Source: Vicugna vicugna (taxonomy: Eukaryota). Taken from it: a stretch of 64,000 bases of DNA. The stretch is taken from the NCBI GenBank assembly GCA_013265495.1, contig MU058449.1, forward strand, positions 310,001 through 374,000, in the 5' to 3' direction. This document shows positions 1 through 13,308 of the stretch, piece after piece. The translations under genes were made by a program, and so were the position numbers. The stretch's first letter is position 1, and every line of letters starts with the position of its first letter. The notes beneath the pieces were generated by a model. The model made no database searches. It saw nothing but the letters and a program-made list of their open reading frames with translations, and was not told the DNA's origin.

Positions 1-3000
1 ATAGGCTTTGTAATGACTATAAATAAACACACTCAAGAAAATAGAAGGTAATATTTAAGTATTCAGAAAAAACTGAAATATTTTTTAAAGATTCAAATGA
101 AAATTGTATAATGGAAAAAAAAAACTAAAAGCACAGATTTAAGAAATCAAGTCTTCAATATTATTAGAGAACTACATGATTGAAAAGGTAAGTAAATGCC
201 CAAATTATGGAGATCTCATGTAGTAAAGCCCAGATTTCAATCCAGGCAATCAAGACCTATAACTAAGTTTCTTACCTCCATTTATATGTGGTCAAGTAAA
301 AATTTAAGCTAAAACTTAATTTTTAACAGTTATATTTTGGAAAGGTGCTAGAATTTAGAAGAAAAAAATTAACACCAAAATGAACATCAATTCTCTCTTG
401 ACAAATGCATATTATATTAAGAGAACTGTTGAGAATGAATATGTAATTAAATGAGTTTAAATATGTATGTATATATATTTTAATATATATTCATTATTTA
501 TATATATAGGATAAGAAACATACCATTTTTGAAACTTTATGAACACAACTGTCATTGTATCAACAAGAGTTGCTTCTCAGATAAGTTACATTATTTGCAT
601 ATTATAATGAAAGGTGTTTTTTATATAAAATAGTCTTGACTAAATATTAGGTAAATCTAGACTCTATTATTGAATTTTTTAATGAAAATTATCTAAGTGG
701 CAAAGTGAAGAAATATGCTATCCATTATCCCACTACCCCAATGTAATTCTTTTGGATATATTCAGGTGTTCTCTCCCCTTTTTCATATAGTTGAAATGTT
801 AATAACCATATATTTTGTACTCTGATTTTTTTCTTATATATCAAATACATTTTACGTCTAATTAATTTCTTAAAATAAAATCTCAAAAATAACACTACTG
901 GAGTAAAGAAGACTTTTTTCACTACTTAACTATTTAATTTTTTAACATATCACTTATACTGGTTTAAGTACATATTTACTAGTAATATTTTTGTCACTTG
1001 GATATTAAAATAAGCTTATAATAAATGGGTCCTTTTCTTGAAACATAAGCATAATCCATTCACATTTCTTTATATTTTAGCTACCTTAGAAAACCTGACA
1101 ACATCTTAAACCCAGTCTTTCAAACAGCCTTAGTATGGACTTTGTTTCCAATTTTGACAACCTACATCAGTTCTATATAGAGGAGATCAAGTTATACATT
1201 GCTGGAAAAATGGTATCTTATTGCGCTGAGACTGAAATTAAGCTTTTTCACTGATCCCTACCCTTTGCATACCTTGTTTCAGCTATCCTACCCTTCTCCT
1301 CAACTCTTAGCAAAAATTTTCTCCTCATATCTTTTTCTTGCAATAATCTTCCTCAGTTCTTTGAACGACTCATCCAGGTCTCAATTCAACCATTATCTCC
1401 AACAAAGTTCTTTCCTGATCTTTTTCTAAGTTCTTCCTACCTCTAGTCAGTCTCTATTACATCACTTCTTAACTTCATCAAAGAACTTTATTTCCTGAAA
1501 TATTACAATTTTAAATGTATTGCTGATTTTTCCCACTATAAGAAATATTCGTAATATGAAGGACCTTGTATGCTTTATTATATTCCCAGCTCCTAGAATA
1601 TTACTATTACCTACTATGTAGAAGGAAGTCAATTAAATGAATAGAAGAGTTGTTTTCACAAATAATGCAGGAATGTGAGTTCCATGTAAATGTGGTACAG
1701 TAAGAAATCACAAAGCTGCTTTGCACAGTCATGTTCAGAACAGTAGATGCTCATAATTTTGTGTTTTTTCTTTATTTCTAGTATTTCTATCACACTTACA
1801 TAAAGAATTAATCTTCCTAATCAGTGAAATGATTAAATAACATACATATTGAAGAACTGGAGAATGGTTAAATAAATACTGGAACATAAATTCAATGATA
1901 TATTTTGTAATTATTAAAATTATAATTATGCAAACTTTAGCGTTAAGAGAAAGGTCTTCATTGCATATTTTCTAATAGGAAATTAGGAATTATGTATACT
2001 TAGCCAAGTCAAAAGTTGTTATTTAAAGCCTATGTGGTTATAAATTTGAAACAATTTTGTGAAAAAAGTATATATGGAAACAAATTATTTTTGACCAACC
2101 AGTGCATCCCCAGGAAAATAACTTCACAGTAAAATAGATTCCATTGAAGAAATGATCTGTTTATTCCTAACTTCTAGGATCTTTAAGAAAAATAGTGGAA
2201 GAATAATTCTGAGGACTTGTTTCTATTTTCCACTCAAAAATCTGTTCTGGCATATGCTGGGCTCCACAGGGAACCCCTGCACACCTGGGCCATTTTCTTG
2301 GCTCCTGGGAGGCTGTGACTCTAGAACTATTAATACAGTTGAGGTTAGCTGAAAAAGCAGCAGATTATAATGAAGACAATGCAGGAGCTTCTGGTGACAC
2401 AGGACAGGTGAGATCAAGGATAACACAACCACCTCAATATCTCCCTTTATCACCAAAGGTATGGGGCAGGAGGTCATGGGTTTCTCATCAAGGCCAAAGA
2501 GAATCAGAAAACAGAATGATACTGGAAAATTCAAAGCAGTGCTCTAGGGTAGCAGGGGGTGAGAAAATGATGCAGTGATGATGATAGTATCTTCTATTAA
2601 GGAAACTCCTTACCAAGCTGAAAAGATGCCATAAAATCTTTTTTTATTACAGCTTTCTTCTTATTTTCTATTCATCAATTCAGTGTCTGAATCAACAGTG
2701 GCATTTCTTGAACCACCAGATCTTACTTCTCTAGGGTTTTCTTTTTCTCCAGAAGCTTTATATTCTTCCCATTTGATCTTATCTGTAGGAAAGGATGTCA
2801 TTCAGTTGAGGTTTTCTATGGATAACTAATGCCAATGAAGAGGAGATATAAAAGGTTATTGATATTTATCCAAGAGCTGAGACTGAGAATTCTAGGCTGT
2901 GCTACAGAAAGAACCAGCTAGGGGGAGAATGTGTTTACTTTCTTTTCCAATTCTGCAAGCTCAGGAATGCTACCTACACGTGTCATGTCGAAAGCATATA

Positions 3001-4814
3001 TTATTGTTGCTGAAGTGAGAAGCAGGAGCTTTGTGATCTATTGAAGAGAAGTCAATTCCTATAGTGGCAATAAGCCAAAGAGAAAGAAATTCTAAGCAAG
3101 TATGGTATCCAGGTGGTTTCTGGGGAAACAGACTAAATGATGGTGTCCTAAATACAACCCAGGCTGTCTGATTCTTTGCTTTATCATACTCCACTGTAAA
3201 ACACCTATATCTGAATTTTTAATTCAGGCCTTATTCACTAAGTCTCCAGAAGTAAGTAAAGACCAAAAAACTGTGAGTCCAAGGGTTGATGAGTAGAGAA
3301 AGAAATTCTGGGCACAAAAAAATATCCTTTTGGCAGAAGAATAGTAAGCCACTGCATGGGCCCTTTAATCCCCTAAACTGCAATGTATGTGGAATTTCAC
3401 ATTAAATATATTATTTGCTATTCTGCATTTCTAAGTTTGCTTAATTGGCTTCTATAGTTTTTCTTAAACTTGGTACAATTTTGCCAGGTTTGATCCTCTT
3501 CTAAATGGCATGCTCTTACTTTTTTTACATTTCTGCTAAATATCACTTTTTTATCTTCTCATCATTTCCTTTCTCCTAAATATTTATTTCTCCTATATTT
3601 ATAGTGGATTATTGCTTATGTTGTTTTAAAATTCTCAATTCAAAGTTTCTTTACTAAATTTATTTTATCATTCATATAGCAAATGCAATGGAGTCAAAAA
3701 TTTATTACAAATTTCAGAATATGTAGGTGGCATGTGTTCTAATATTTTATAACTATACAAGTGAGTATTGCTTTGAACTTGGTTTGCTCTTTAATTGAAA
3801 AGTTGTTCTGAAAAGTGAATTTAACTGCAGAACCATAAGTGTGGTTTGCCTACCTTTTATGTACTAATATCTAGTTTCTAAACTTCTATTTTATTGCTGA
3901 AGTAAAGCTATTATTCAAAATAAATCTTAAATCACATATATTAAGCCAATTTTTAATTTCATTATCAAATAATTTCAGATTTCCCTTTTTGCCTTTTCTC
4001 TCATTCATTTTCAAATGAGAAATATCCGGCCGTGCTCAGTGGTTGTCAACTCCAAAATTGAGTGATTTGTTTATTTTTCTCTCCTATGCCATCCTGTAGG
4101 CTTTTGGATTTTTAATTCTTTTTAGCTCTCTGACCTACAACTGAATTAGATGTTGAGGAGCACAGCTCTAAGAAGTTATGCATCTTCTGTATATTTCCTA
4201 ATTTAGGTGGGTCTTCTGCTTAATCACCTCTTTTATCAAATGAGAACAATAGCAGTAGAATCTGCACTTCTTATTTCTGCAGGCTCTCCACTTCCTGTTA
4301 TCATCGGCTGTTTTTCTTTCATTTTGGTTTTTCTCTCCCTAAGGGTACAAAGTGCCACTATTGCATATCTGGTCTATGAGCTGTTCTCACAGTTAATAGT
4401 GGAACTTGTGAGATTGACACAACTTAGCTATATGTTGCTAAATCCCAATACCTCCAGAACTCTTCAGTCTGAATGTGTTGGATAGAAAGGAAGGAGAAAT
4501 AGGCAATGTTTGGAGGATGAATGCATTAGTTGAAAGGATGACTATTGCCTGGTTCAAAAATAGCTACCTTCCATAAGAAAGTGGCTCCTAATTTTTACTT
4601 AGTCTATGGAGACAGATGCAGGATATGCCCTAGTTTAGAATCTTTTGCTGTCACTTACAGTTCTCATTCCTTGAGAAAAGAGTCTAGAATATGTGCAGGT
4701 AAAATAATTAATCAATACATGCTAATTAGATGTGGTATAGCGGACACTCAAGTGAAATTTAGGACAGAAACTTCTGTTGTCTTCACTCCACAATATCGTT
4801 TCCATTTCAACAAA

Positions 4815-5019
4815 CAGTTGGCACTTGAATTGCACAAGTTCACTTATACACTGATATTTTTCAATAAATACATGCAGTACTACACAATCCAGGGGTGACT
4901 GAATCCACAGATATGGAACTGAGGATACACAGGGTTGATTATAGGACTTGAGCATCTGAGGATTTTGTATCCATGGTGAGTTCTGGAACCAATCCGCCAT
5001 GGATACTGAGGGAACACTG
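4815..5019. mobile_element. TcMar-Tigger non-autonomous DNA transposon (MER2/Tigger-like MITE)
   Basis: Begins CAGTTGGCAC and ends GGAACACTG followed by TA. Internal GGACTTGAGCATC..GGATTTTGTATCC..GGAACCAATCC..GGATACTGAGGG is typical of Tigger-derived MITEs. Confidence 0.7.
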
Positions 5020-5479
5020 TATTTCACAAATAGTTCTGAACAAACGAATTTTAAAGTAGAGTAATACAGTTAAGGTTAGAGTCTTCTGATTATGAACTTT
5101 ATGTTATAATTTTCTCTTTATTTTAGAGGTCCAGAATGCTTCAGAACTAAGATTAAGCATCTTATCCATGAATCATCTGACTCATACAAGTGGAATAAAT
5201 ATCTCTTCCTTGAGTCATAAACCTGTTTGTTCATATACATTTTACTGCATTGAACACATGGGAGTTTAATAATGGATTTGCACTGCTTTCTCCTCTATTA
5301 AAAAGTTAATATCTAAAGTTAGAGATTAGGTCCTAATTATCATTTTATTTTTAGGGTATAAGACATTCTCAATAATTTTATATTAATAAATAAATGAAGT
5401 CATCAGTAAATGAATGGTCATAGAAATATTGAAAGAATCTATATCATGTCACAGCTGAACAGAGGCAGTCATTTTCATC

Positions 5480-6424
5480 ATGTCATTGACAAACAATACC
5501 AATACCCATCCCAGCACCTTTCTTCTCCTTGGCATTCCAGGGATGGAGGCCATCCACACTTGGATATCAGTGCCGTTCTGTCTTGTTTACCTAAGTGCTC
5601 TCCTGGGAAATATCTCTATTCTAATTATTATCAGAACAGATTCCAGCCTTCATGAGCCCATGTACTTCTTCCTCTGTATGCTCTCTGTGGCTGAACTGAT
5701 CATCTCCACTACTGCTATGCCCAAAATCCTCAGCATTTTTTGGTTCAATGACAGGGAGATCTATTTTGAAGCCTGCCTTATACAAGTATTTCTCATCCAT
5801 TCACTATGCAGCATGGCCTCGGGGTTTATCTTGGCCATGGCCTTTGACAGGTATGTGGCAATCTGCAATCCTCTGAGACATTCCATTATCCTGACACACA
5901 GAGTCATCAAGAACATGGGGCTAGCTATTGTTTTCTGGGGAACTTTGCTTTTCAGTCCTCAGCCCTTCATGCTTCAGTGGCTTCCCTACTGCAGAACTAA
6001 TATCATCTCCCACACTTACTGCGAATTCATGGCTTTGATCAAGCTTGCTTGTGCAGAGACCAGGATACAAAGACTATACAGCCTAACTGCTGCCTTCCTT
6101 ACTGGAGGTTTAGATTTCATATTAATCCTCTGCTCCTACGTTGTCATCCTTTACACTGTCTTCCGTCTTCCATCCAAGGCTGCTCGGCTCAAGACCTTGG
6201 GCACTTGTGGATCCCACGTGTGTGTGATCTTAGTGGCCTACACTCCAGCCTTTTTCTCCTTTCTTACTCACAGGTTTGGGCATGGTGTAGCTCCTCATGT
6301 TCACATTTTTGTGGCCAACATCTGTCTCCTTGTCCCACCCATGGTGAACCCAATGATCTACGGCATAAGAACTAAGAGGATCAGAGAACGATTCCTCCAA
6401 GTTTTGACGTCTCACAAATTCTAA
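5480..6424 (+). CDS. Class I olfactory receptor, family 52 (intact 314-aa ORF)
   Basis: Intronless 7TM ORF with N-terminal sequon (NNT), FLLLGIPG, LHEPMYFFL, MAFDRYVAICNPLRH, HTYCE, KTLGTCGSH, class I THRFG and PPMVNPMIYG. Candidate acceptors upstream: TTTATTTTAG ~5126 and TTTATTTTTAG ~5353. Confidence 0.95.
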   Translation: MSLTNNTNTHPSTFLLLGIPGMEAIHTWISVPFCLVYLSALLGNISILIIIRTDSSLHEPMYFFLCMLSVAELIISTTAMPKILSIFWFNDREIYFEACLIQVFLIHSLCSMASGFILAMAFDRYVAICNPLRHSIILTHRVIKNMGLAIVFWGTLLFSPQPFMLQWLPYCRTNIISHTYCEFMALIKLACAETRIQRLYSLTAAFLTGGLDFILILCSYVVILYTVFRLPSKAARLKTLGTCGSHVCVILVAYTPAFFSFLTHRFGHGVAPHVHIFVANICLLVPPMVNPMIYGIRTKRIRERFLQVLTSHKF

Positions 6425-7689
6425 AATAACCAATGCTTACTATAACAACTTTCTAAGACTTTAGGGGGAAAAGAGACATTTAACCCTATTTCTAGAAACC
6501 TGAATGCCTACATTTTCTATTTGTAATATGAAGTGTTAATTAGCATTAACTAAATTTTGTTCTGCTTAGAAGATGGGCTGACTGAGATGATTTATTCTTA
6601 ATATATTTACCTGGTAATGCAATATCTCCACTATTATGTAATCTTATTCACTGTTTCCCCCCATGAGGCTACTGGGTTGTTTAGTCTTTTCAGCTTTATC
6701 AGAGGTATTCTTACTGACTCACTACCTCTGACTTTCACTAAGCTGCCATGCATTTGTAAGTCCTAACTATTGGGATTGTCTCTGTCTCCTGAACAATAAG
6801 ACTGGAAGTATTTTAAATCTATAACCCTGGAAATCAGGATGGTTCTATCAAAATGTCTTCTGAACAGGCAGATGAAGAAACTGTTAATATGCCTTCCAGA
6901 GGTCTTCCTGTAATTTCTTTGTGACATATTCTTATTTTACTTTATCTAGCCAGAATCTTTTTATAGTTTCCAAATAATGTCTGTTACCACAGTGTTCCTC
7001 CAGTAGACTTAATGATATCAAAACTGTCCTACCATTTTTCCTTTTTCTGTTTCCTGAATTTGATTCAAGTTGATTTGGTTGATTCTTTGAAAATATCTAG
7101 AGCTCCCTCTCACATTCTTTGATGTTCCTGCACAGTCTAACCCTGTTTATTACTAACCTATGTTATGAAATAGAGAAGTATTCTATTCTGACATTTCCTC
7201 ATTAATCATCCTTCTAGATGCTCTTGATTCATATTTGTATGAAATAATGTATAGAATCATTCACTATGGGTATATAAGTCATTATGGACATATCCAGTCA
7301 TTATGGATATATAATACAATATAACGTTTTAAGAGCTACACTATTCCTAATGATGACCTAATTTTGTCATTAAGTCACATAGCATACTTTACCAAGCTCC
7401 TCTGCAGCTTGAGTACCTCTCTCAATTTGTAGTTATTCACTATCATGTCACTTTTTCTCTTGAATTTTTGATTTCTTTCTAAGCAAGAGGGTTGTCAGGT
7501 GTCAGCCATGAGCTGTTGAGCCATGGCTGTTGACTGCCCTATGATTTCACACCTCCGCCCTGGAAAGCCAAGTGTTCAGTATGGGTCCTTATTTCTAATT
7601 GCCTAAACTTATTTTATTATATTCCATTTCATATTGTGTTGGTTAAGATGGACAATACCTGTATATCTAAAATTCTAAAAGAGGTAGTA

Positions 7690-7850
7690 AAAAGCAGTGT
7701 TTAAGGCAACTGGCTCTCAAGAGATACTGCTCAGTTTTGAATCCCAAAACAACCACTTATATACAAGCAGTGTTGATCCTCATCATCATATTGTCTCTCT
7801 GCCTCAGTTTCCTGAATGATATTGATAGCAGCTATTTCAGAAAATAGTTC
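7690..7850. mobile_element. MIR SINE remnant
   Basis: MIR-core-like TTTTGAATCCC..CCACTTA..CTCTCTGCCTCAGTTTCCT; boundaries approximate. Confidence 0.5.
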
Positions 7851-8899
7851 TGACACTAAAAAAGGCCTGCATGTGATTTACTTCCATTGGAGTTAATGTA
7901 TTAAGAGGTTAAAAAGGTAAAGCCTGGAATTAAGAATCATTATCCAGCAAGAATGTTTAAATTGGAATCCAGAGGAATAAACTGGAAATAATTTTACTAT
8001 CTGGCTCCTGTTTTCACTAATTCACATGACGAATGATGAAATTAGTCAGTAAATAGAAAAGGGAAAGATTCAAGGAAGAAGAACAGAGTCTAATTAGAAA
8101 GTTAGGCTGATGAGTTCTCAGAATTATCATTATAGTTTTGTTTATACTAATTCTACATAGGTCTACCTAACATGAAAGTGATGCTTTTGGATCATGCATC
8201 AGTTCTGATAAGTAAATTTTTTATGTGTATGAACTTTAGTTAATATAGAAGGAGTGTCTTCTTATATTTCTAGATCAATGACAAAACATATTCTGGAGTA
8301 GTCAGGAACCTAGTTCACACTACAGTTCAGCCAGTTGTTTAATTAAAGAAGATTCATTCAGTGAATGTATACTAGAATCTTACTGTGGCCCAGGCTGGAC
8401 AGCAGGTGCTGAGGATGCAATAACAAACAAGGTTGACAGGAAGCATATAGGCCGCTTGCCTTATATATTGTGTATCTCGTATGGAAGGGTTATTTGGGAA
8501 GCAGCATAAAATAAAGTATTTGACACATACATATAAGGAGAAAACAATTTCACATTATGAAAATATGATATTGAAATATATTAGGTGTTCTGAGAGAACA
8601 GAAGATAGAGGTTACTTTAGATGGTATGTTAATTTTATCCTTAAGCATAGATCTGAAATATAATGAAAATATTTTTTTTTAACCTGAGGAAAGAAAAATT
8701 CATGCTACATAAAAAGTAAAAAGGTCCTGAGGTAGAGAAAAGCTTACTTTGTGTAAGGATAGTTACAAAAACTGTGCTTGGGAACAAAATGGCCAAAGGA
8801 GATAGTCATAACAGATGTATGCCACACAAACCAAAAACATTAATCATAATTCTTGGGACCATAAAATTGTATCACCATGTTGGGGACCACTGATATAAT

Positions 8900-11401
8900 G
8901 GATAAAAACAATGAAATAAGACCAGTACTATCCACTCATTAAAATTTAAGCTGGAATTCAGAGGACTTTCTTGGAAGAACATAACCAACTCTCATCTATA
9001 GTACTTGGAGAGCTGAGAACACTTAGAAATAGTGAAAGTCCAGGGAAGGTGAAATTCTCAAACCTAGTGAGTCTTACATGCCACCTTCAGAATGATCCCC
9101 AGGAGAGAGTGGGACACTGAAACGTAGTGTGAATGCACCTGAGCTGACATATCTGGAAATTTTGAAAACTCTGGTTAACAAAGAAAAGAAAAGAAAGTGA
9201 TAACAGCAATAATGGGGGGGGGGACAATTTGTAAGTTAGATGAGGAAATTTTATTGATACAGGAGCAATGGCCTGTTACATAACTTTTTTGTGAGAACCT
9301 TTAGAGTAGTGCTAATACATGGCTAGTTTGATTCTTGGAAGTTTTATTTTACTGAGTGAAATAAAAATGCTAGAAATGCCACCATCTCACATAATGCAGA
9401 AATCTATAAAGAACACTCAGAGATCTGGGCATGATGGAATGGACAGATTACAAAATGCCGATGAATCACTAGCTAACTGTGTTCCATGAAAGGCACTAGA
9501 AACATTTTATTACATGATGCCAGAAAGAAATTCATTGATTAGAGAGGGGCCAGCATCATTGAGAAATCCAGTGGTGACTGGCCTCCACAGCCTAGGCTAA
9601 AGGTAGCAGGTACTATTATAGAACTAGGAAGTACAAGATAAAATGACAGGGTTAAGGTAACAATACTTAATTATCTGAAACAAGGTGGCAAGTTTTTTTG
9701 GGGGTTTTTTTTTTTTTTTGGTAATAAAGTCAAGGCCACTGTAATGGTCAAGGCTTCTGATGCAGAAAGAGAGATGGAGATGGTTAATATAATATGCCAT
9801 TCCTAGGGGCCATATAAATGTCAGCCAAAAAGGTATTCAACCTATACAACCAAAAGAAATGGAAGCTAGGTCATCAGGAGGCTAAAGGCAACTACTTCTA
9901 TAGTAATGTCACAATAATTTGCTCAGTTTTCAACTTGAGACAGTTTCCAGATCCAGAATCCAGATCTAGACTAAAGGAGAAGCTGTGTTTCCAACAGCAA
10001 GAATATTGCAACAACATTGGAAGTTTGCTTGGAAATAAATCTCCTAGTCCTTCTATAAGGAGTCATAGTACAAAGACATTTGGAGCCATGTTCTGAATTG
10101 ACATAATGTCAGAAACTCAAAACATCATCTCACCCCTTTACTACAATGAGAAAAAAAAATAGGGAAAAGGTTAAAATGGATGTCTGTTTCATCTTTGATT
10201 CACAGAGTATTAACAAAATCCAATAGTTATTTACCTGCTCCCCAAAAGTATAATTTAAAAGAACATACGTAGCCGATGGAAACTTCACATTCATCTCTTG
10301 GATACGTGAGTGGGTAAGAGCTATTATAGAAGAGAAGGCTAAGTAGATTTTCCAACTGTCCTTCCTCTATAGATAGCAAATAAAAACAGTATTGCTTCTT
10401 GCAGGGAATCAGACAGAACAAAACACTACAAACATCAAGGTTACAGAAATGATTACCCCTTTCACATCCTCATTCAATTCACCAATCTGGTCCTTACACA
10501 AGTCTGATACAGCCAAATGTTTTGCCTTTATCTAAGCAAATCATAGAGGTGGAGAGGGAGTTAGTGGGCTAACGGAAAACACAACCAATTAATAGAACCA
10601 ATTGCAGTGCTGTGCCAGAAGTTATTATTTTGCTGGATTCCTCAGGTACATGACATACGGAAATTGATGTGGCAAATTCATTATTTTCCACTTCTATCAG
10701 GAAGAAAGTTCATAAACAGTTCACACTCACATGGAAAAACACCACCACCACCACCAGCATAAAAATACAGTCATGCCCAGGAATGTATCAATTCTCCTAC
10801 TGTCCTAATATAGTTCAAAGGACTCTGGACAATCAGTACATTCTGGAGAACATTCTATCAGTTCATTTTAATAAAACTAGTTGAGCCATTAATGGAAATT
10901 TCATTGGAGGACTTGGTAAGACACGTTTGTTCCAGAGAGCACGAAATAAACCTTATGAATATTAAGTGGCCTATCTCATCAGTGAATTTTTTAAAAGGCT
11001 GTTGCTCTGAGACATGTTTTAAAATAAAGGATGAATGCTTGCATCTCACACCTCACCCAACAAAAATGAAATACAATTCGTGGTATATACCTTTTCATCT
11101 ACTACAGACAACATATGCCACACTTGGGATTAATCTCTAAACCATTTATCAAGTGACAGGAAAGACTTTCTAAGTTTTGTGTTAGGTTCAAAGCAGGAAA
11201 TAGTTATGAAGCAGGTCGTAGCTGCAGTGTACACAGCGCAACCCGCCAGTCTCTACGGTATTAGAATATTTGTGGTGGAACGATATCATGTGGAATTTAG
11301 AGTTAAATCCAGTAAGAGTCACACTGCAGACGTCTAGAAATCCAGAGTAAAGCTCTGTCATATGCAGCAGAGATTTTTACAGCATTAAAACTAACAAAAA
11401 A
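8900..11401 (+). mobile_element. Degenerate ERV-L-type internal region, 5' part (gag to reverse transcriptase)
   Basis: Decayed RT motifs: TTCAATTCACCAATCTGG (FNSPIW, ~10473) and ANSLFSTSIRKKVHKQFTLTW (10669 onward), resembling ERV-L LANAFFSIPV..QKQFAFTW. Many stops and frameshifts; left boundary approximate. Confidence 0.75.
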
Positions 11402-13308
11402 ACAGGGGGCTGCTGCCTCGCCTCCGGCGAATAAGGTTATTGTCTTTCTCTTGCGCTCAATACAGAGCTCCGAAAGTCAGGGACTTTTTGCATACCTCAG
11501 TCAGCCGAAGTTGCGAGGTGCCAGGTGAGCCAAAGCGCTTCCACTTCCGACCGGTTCCACATCCCCAGGACTGGGATTGAGGGGTGGAGTCGGGTGCTAG
11601 GGCCAGGGATTGGCTCACGAACACGGTCCTCTCCAACAAGGAGCGGACGAGGCCTGACGAAGATACTCGGTCTGACAGCGCTAGTGCTTCTGGGAAATCT
11701 CGAGCTGAATAGAGGCGCCCTCGCGGAGAAGATATCGCGAGAACCGTGGCGGCAGCGGCCGCGCGCCTGGAGCTTGCAGGTAAGTGAGGGTGGCGCCGAG
11801 GGATGGCGAAACAAAGAATAGACTGGTTTCCGACCACTGTCTGAGCCAACCTCTTCTTAGCCGACCCTGGGAGCCCTATCCCACCCCTCCGTATCCACCG
11901 CCCTTGGATCCAGCCCTGGACGGTGACCCCTGGTTCTCCACCCTTTCACTCTAGAGCGCCCCATGTTCTGGCTCAGGCCCACTCTTACGGCAGCCCTGCC
12001 CTTTCCTTGCTGTCACTCTCTTTGCCCTCACCTCTCCTTCCGCCCTCCTTTCTGTACCAGCCACCTGTCTTTCCCCAGAAACTCCCCTTTCTGGTCACCT
12101 TTCTTAGAGCCCTTTCTCCTGCCAGGAGCGGCTGGGTTGTTCCCTTGTGCGGCCCATATCACTAACCAGTATCTGAGGTAAAGGGAGGCGGGGGCATACC
12201 TGGGGTGAGGGTCAGTCAGTGAACTTAAGTCTCCTTCTCGAAGTGTGCACTATGTTTTCGGCCCAAAACAACCATTCACTGAACTCCTTTCCTCACTTAC
12301 GGCTCTTTTTTCCCCCCACAGGCTGTGGGCTGTCTCGTTTCTTGCCACGGCTTTCAGTTAAACTTTCTGTCGGCAAAGTTACTGTGTTCATGTTGCTGGT
12401 AAATAAAGGGCACACAGTTAGATTACCAGTATGTTCCAAGTACGTGCAGGAACATAGGCACAAGCTCAATATCTTTTAAACAGGGGATAGAAAATGGGGT
12501 CAAGTTCGGACAAGAGGTCTTAGTTCCAAATTCCTGCCCCAAAGTCTGCTCCTCAGTATGCTAAGCACACCTTCATCTCTGCCTGTGGGAGGGATCTGGT
12601 CCAGATTAAAGCCAGCCTGAGGAGAGGTGGTTGAGCTATGGAGCTGCATACCTGAGGCCTGTGATCTCCAACTCAGTTCATAGCCTTTCCCCCCATTGTT
12701 CACCGCCTAGCAAGACTATGAGGCAAGAATTACTGCAGGCAGTATTCTTCAACCTGCAGGAAACATTACCCTTCTTACTTCTTATATCCAGCCTGGGATT
12801 TGCTTCCTCTATATTGCGGAGTTTTTTGATAGTATCAGTATTTACCAGATTTCAGTGAGTTTTACTCACAGAACTTAAGCATTTTTAAGATTCTTGGCAG
12901 AGTTAGCAAATATTTGTGTTTAAATATGCAATTTAATGGGATCATGTGGAAAATGGGTTGAACAGTTTTGCCAGATGTTCTAACTCATATTTTCTGTGAT
13001 CCTTGTTCTGTTTTTCTAGTATCTTTTTTTCAGTAGTAAGCAGTTTCCACCCTATGTTTTCCATTACTAACTTCTTGAAATCGTTTACTTTACTTTGTTT
13101 TCCTTTGTCTCCCCCCATAATAATGAGTCCAATTAAGAGTCTTAAGAAGGTAGTTTGTCTTTTGCATCAAAAAGAATCTCCCTTCTCCTGTCCTTTATTT
13201 TGGAAACAGACACTACTTTCTGATTCATTTGGAGAAACTTCTAAGTTGATTTGGAAAAGAATAGAAATAGTAATCCTTCATCAACTAGGAGTTACTGAAA
13301 CATGAAAC
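11402..13308 (+). other. Inserted CpG-island promoter + first exon(s) + intron-like block, flanked by a 14-bp target-site duplication
   Basis: AAACTAACAAAAAA at 11388-11401 and 13309-13322. ERV-L pol-like sequence continues on both sides. Abrupt jump in GC and CpG at 11403. Splice donors at 11525 and 11780. Source gene not recognised. Confidence 0.8.
11403..11930 (+). promoter_or_regulatory. CpG island with housekeeping-promoter motifs
   Basis: About 38 CpG in ~530 bp by manual count. ETS-like CACTTCCG 11542-11549, GT/GC box GGGGTGGAG 11581-11589, inverted CCAAT 11609-11613, ZNF143-like GCTTCTGGGAAA 11686-11697, BANP-like TATCGCGAGA 11733-11742. Confidence 0.75.

Noticed and set aside
670..690. 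TTTTTTAATGA as an H/J-element-type OR enhancer core
   Set aside because: Not the full AACTTTTTAATGA motif, no adjacent O/E site, and such strings are common in AT-rich DNA.
11457..12181. Several 72-130 aa ORFs on both strands of the CpG island
   Set aside because: Expected in GC-rich, stop-poor DNA; mostly non-ATG starts; no recognisable domain; some cross splice donors.
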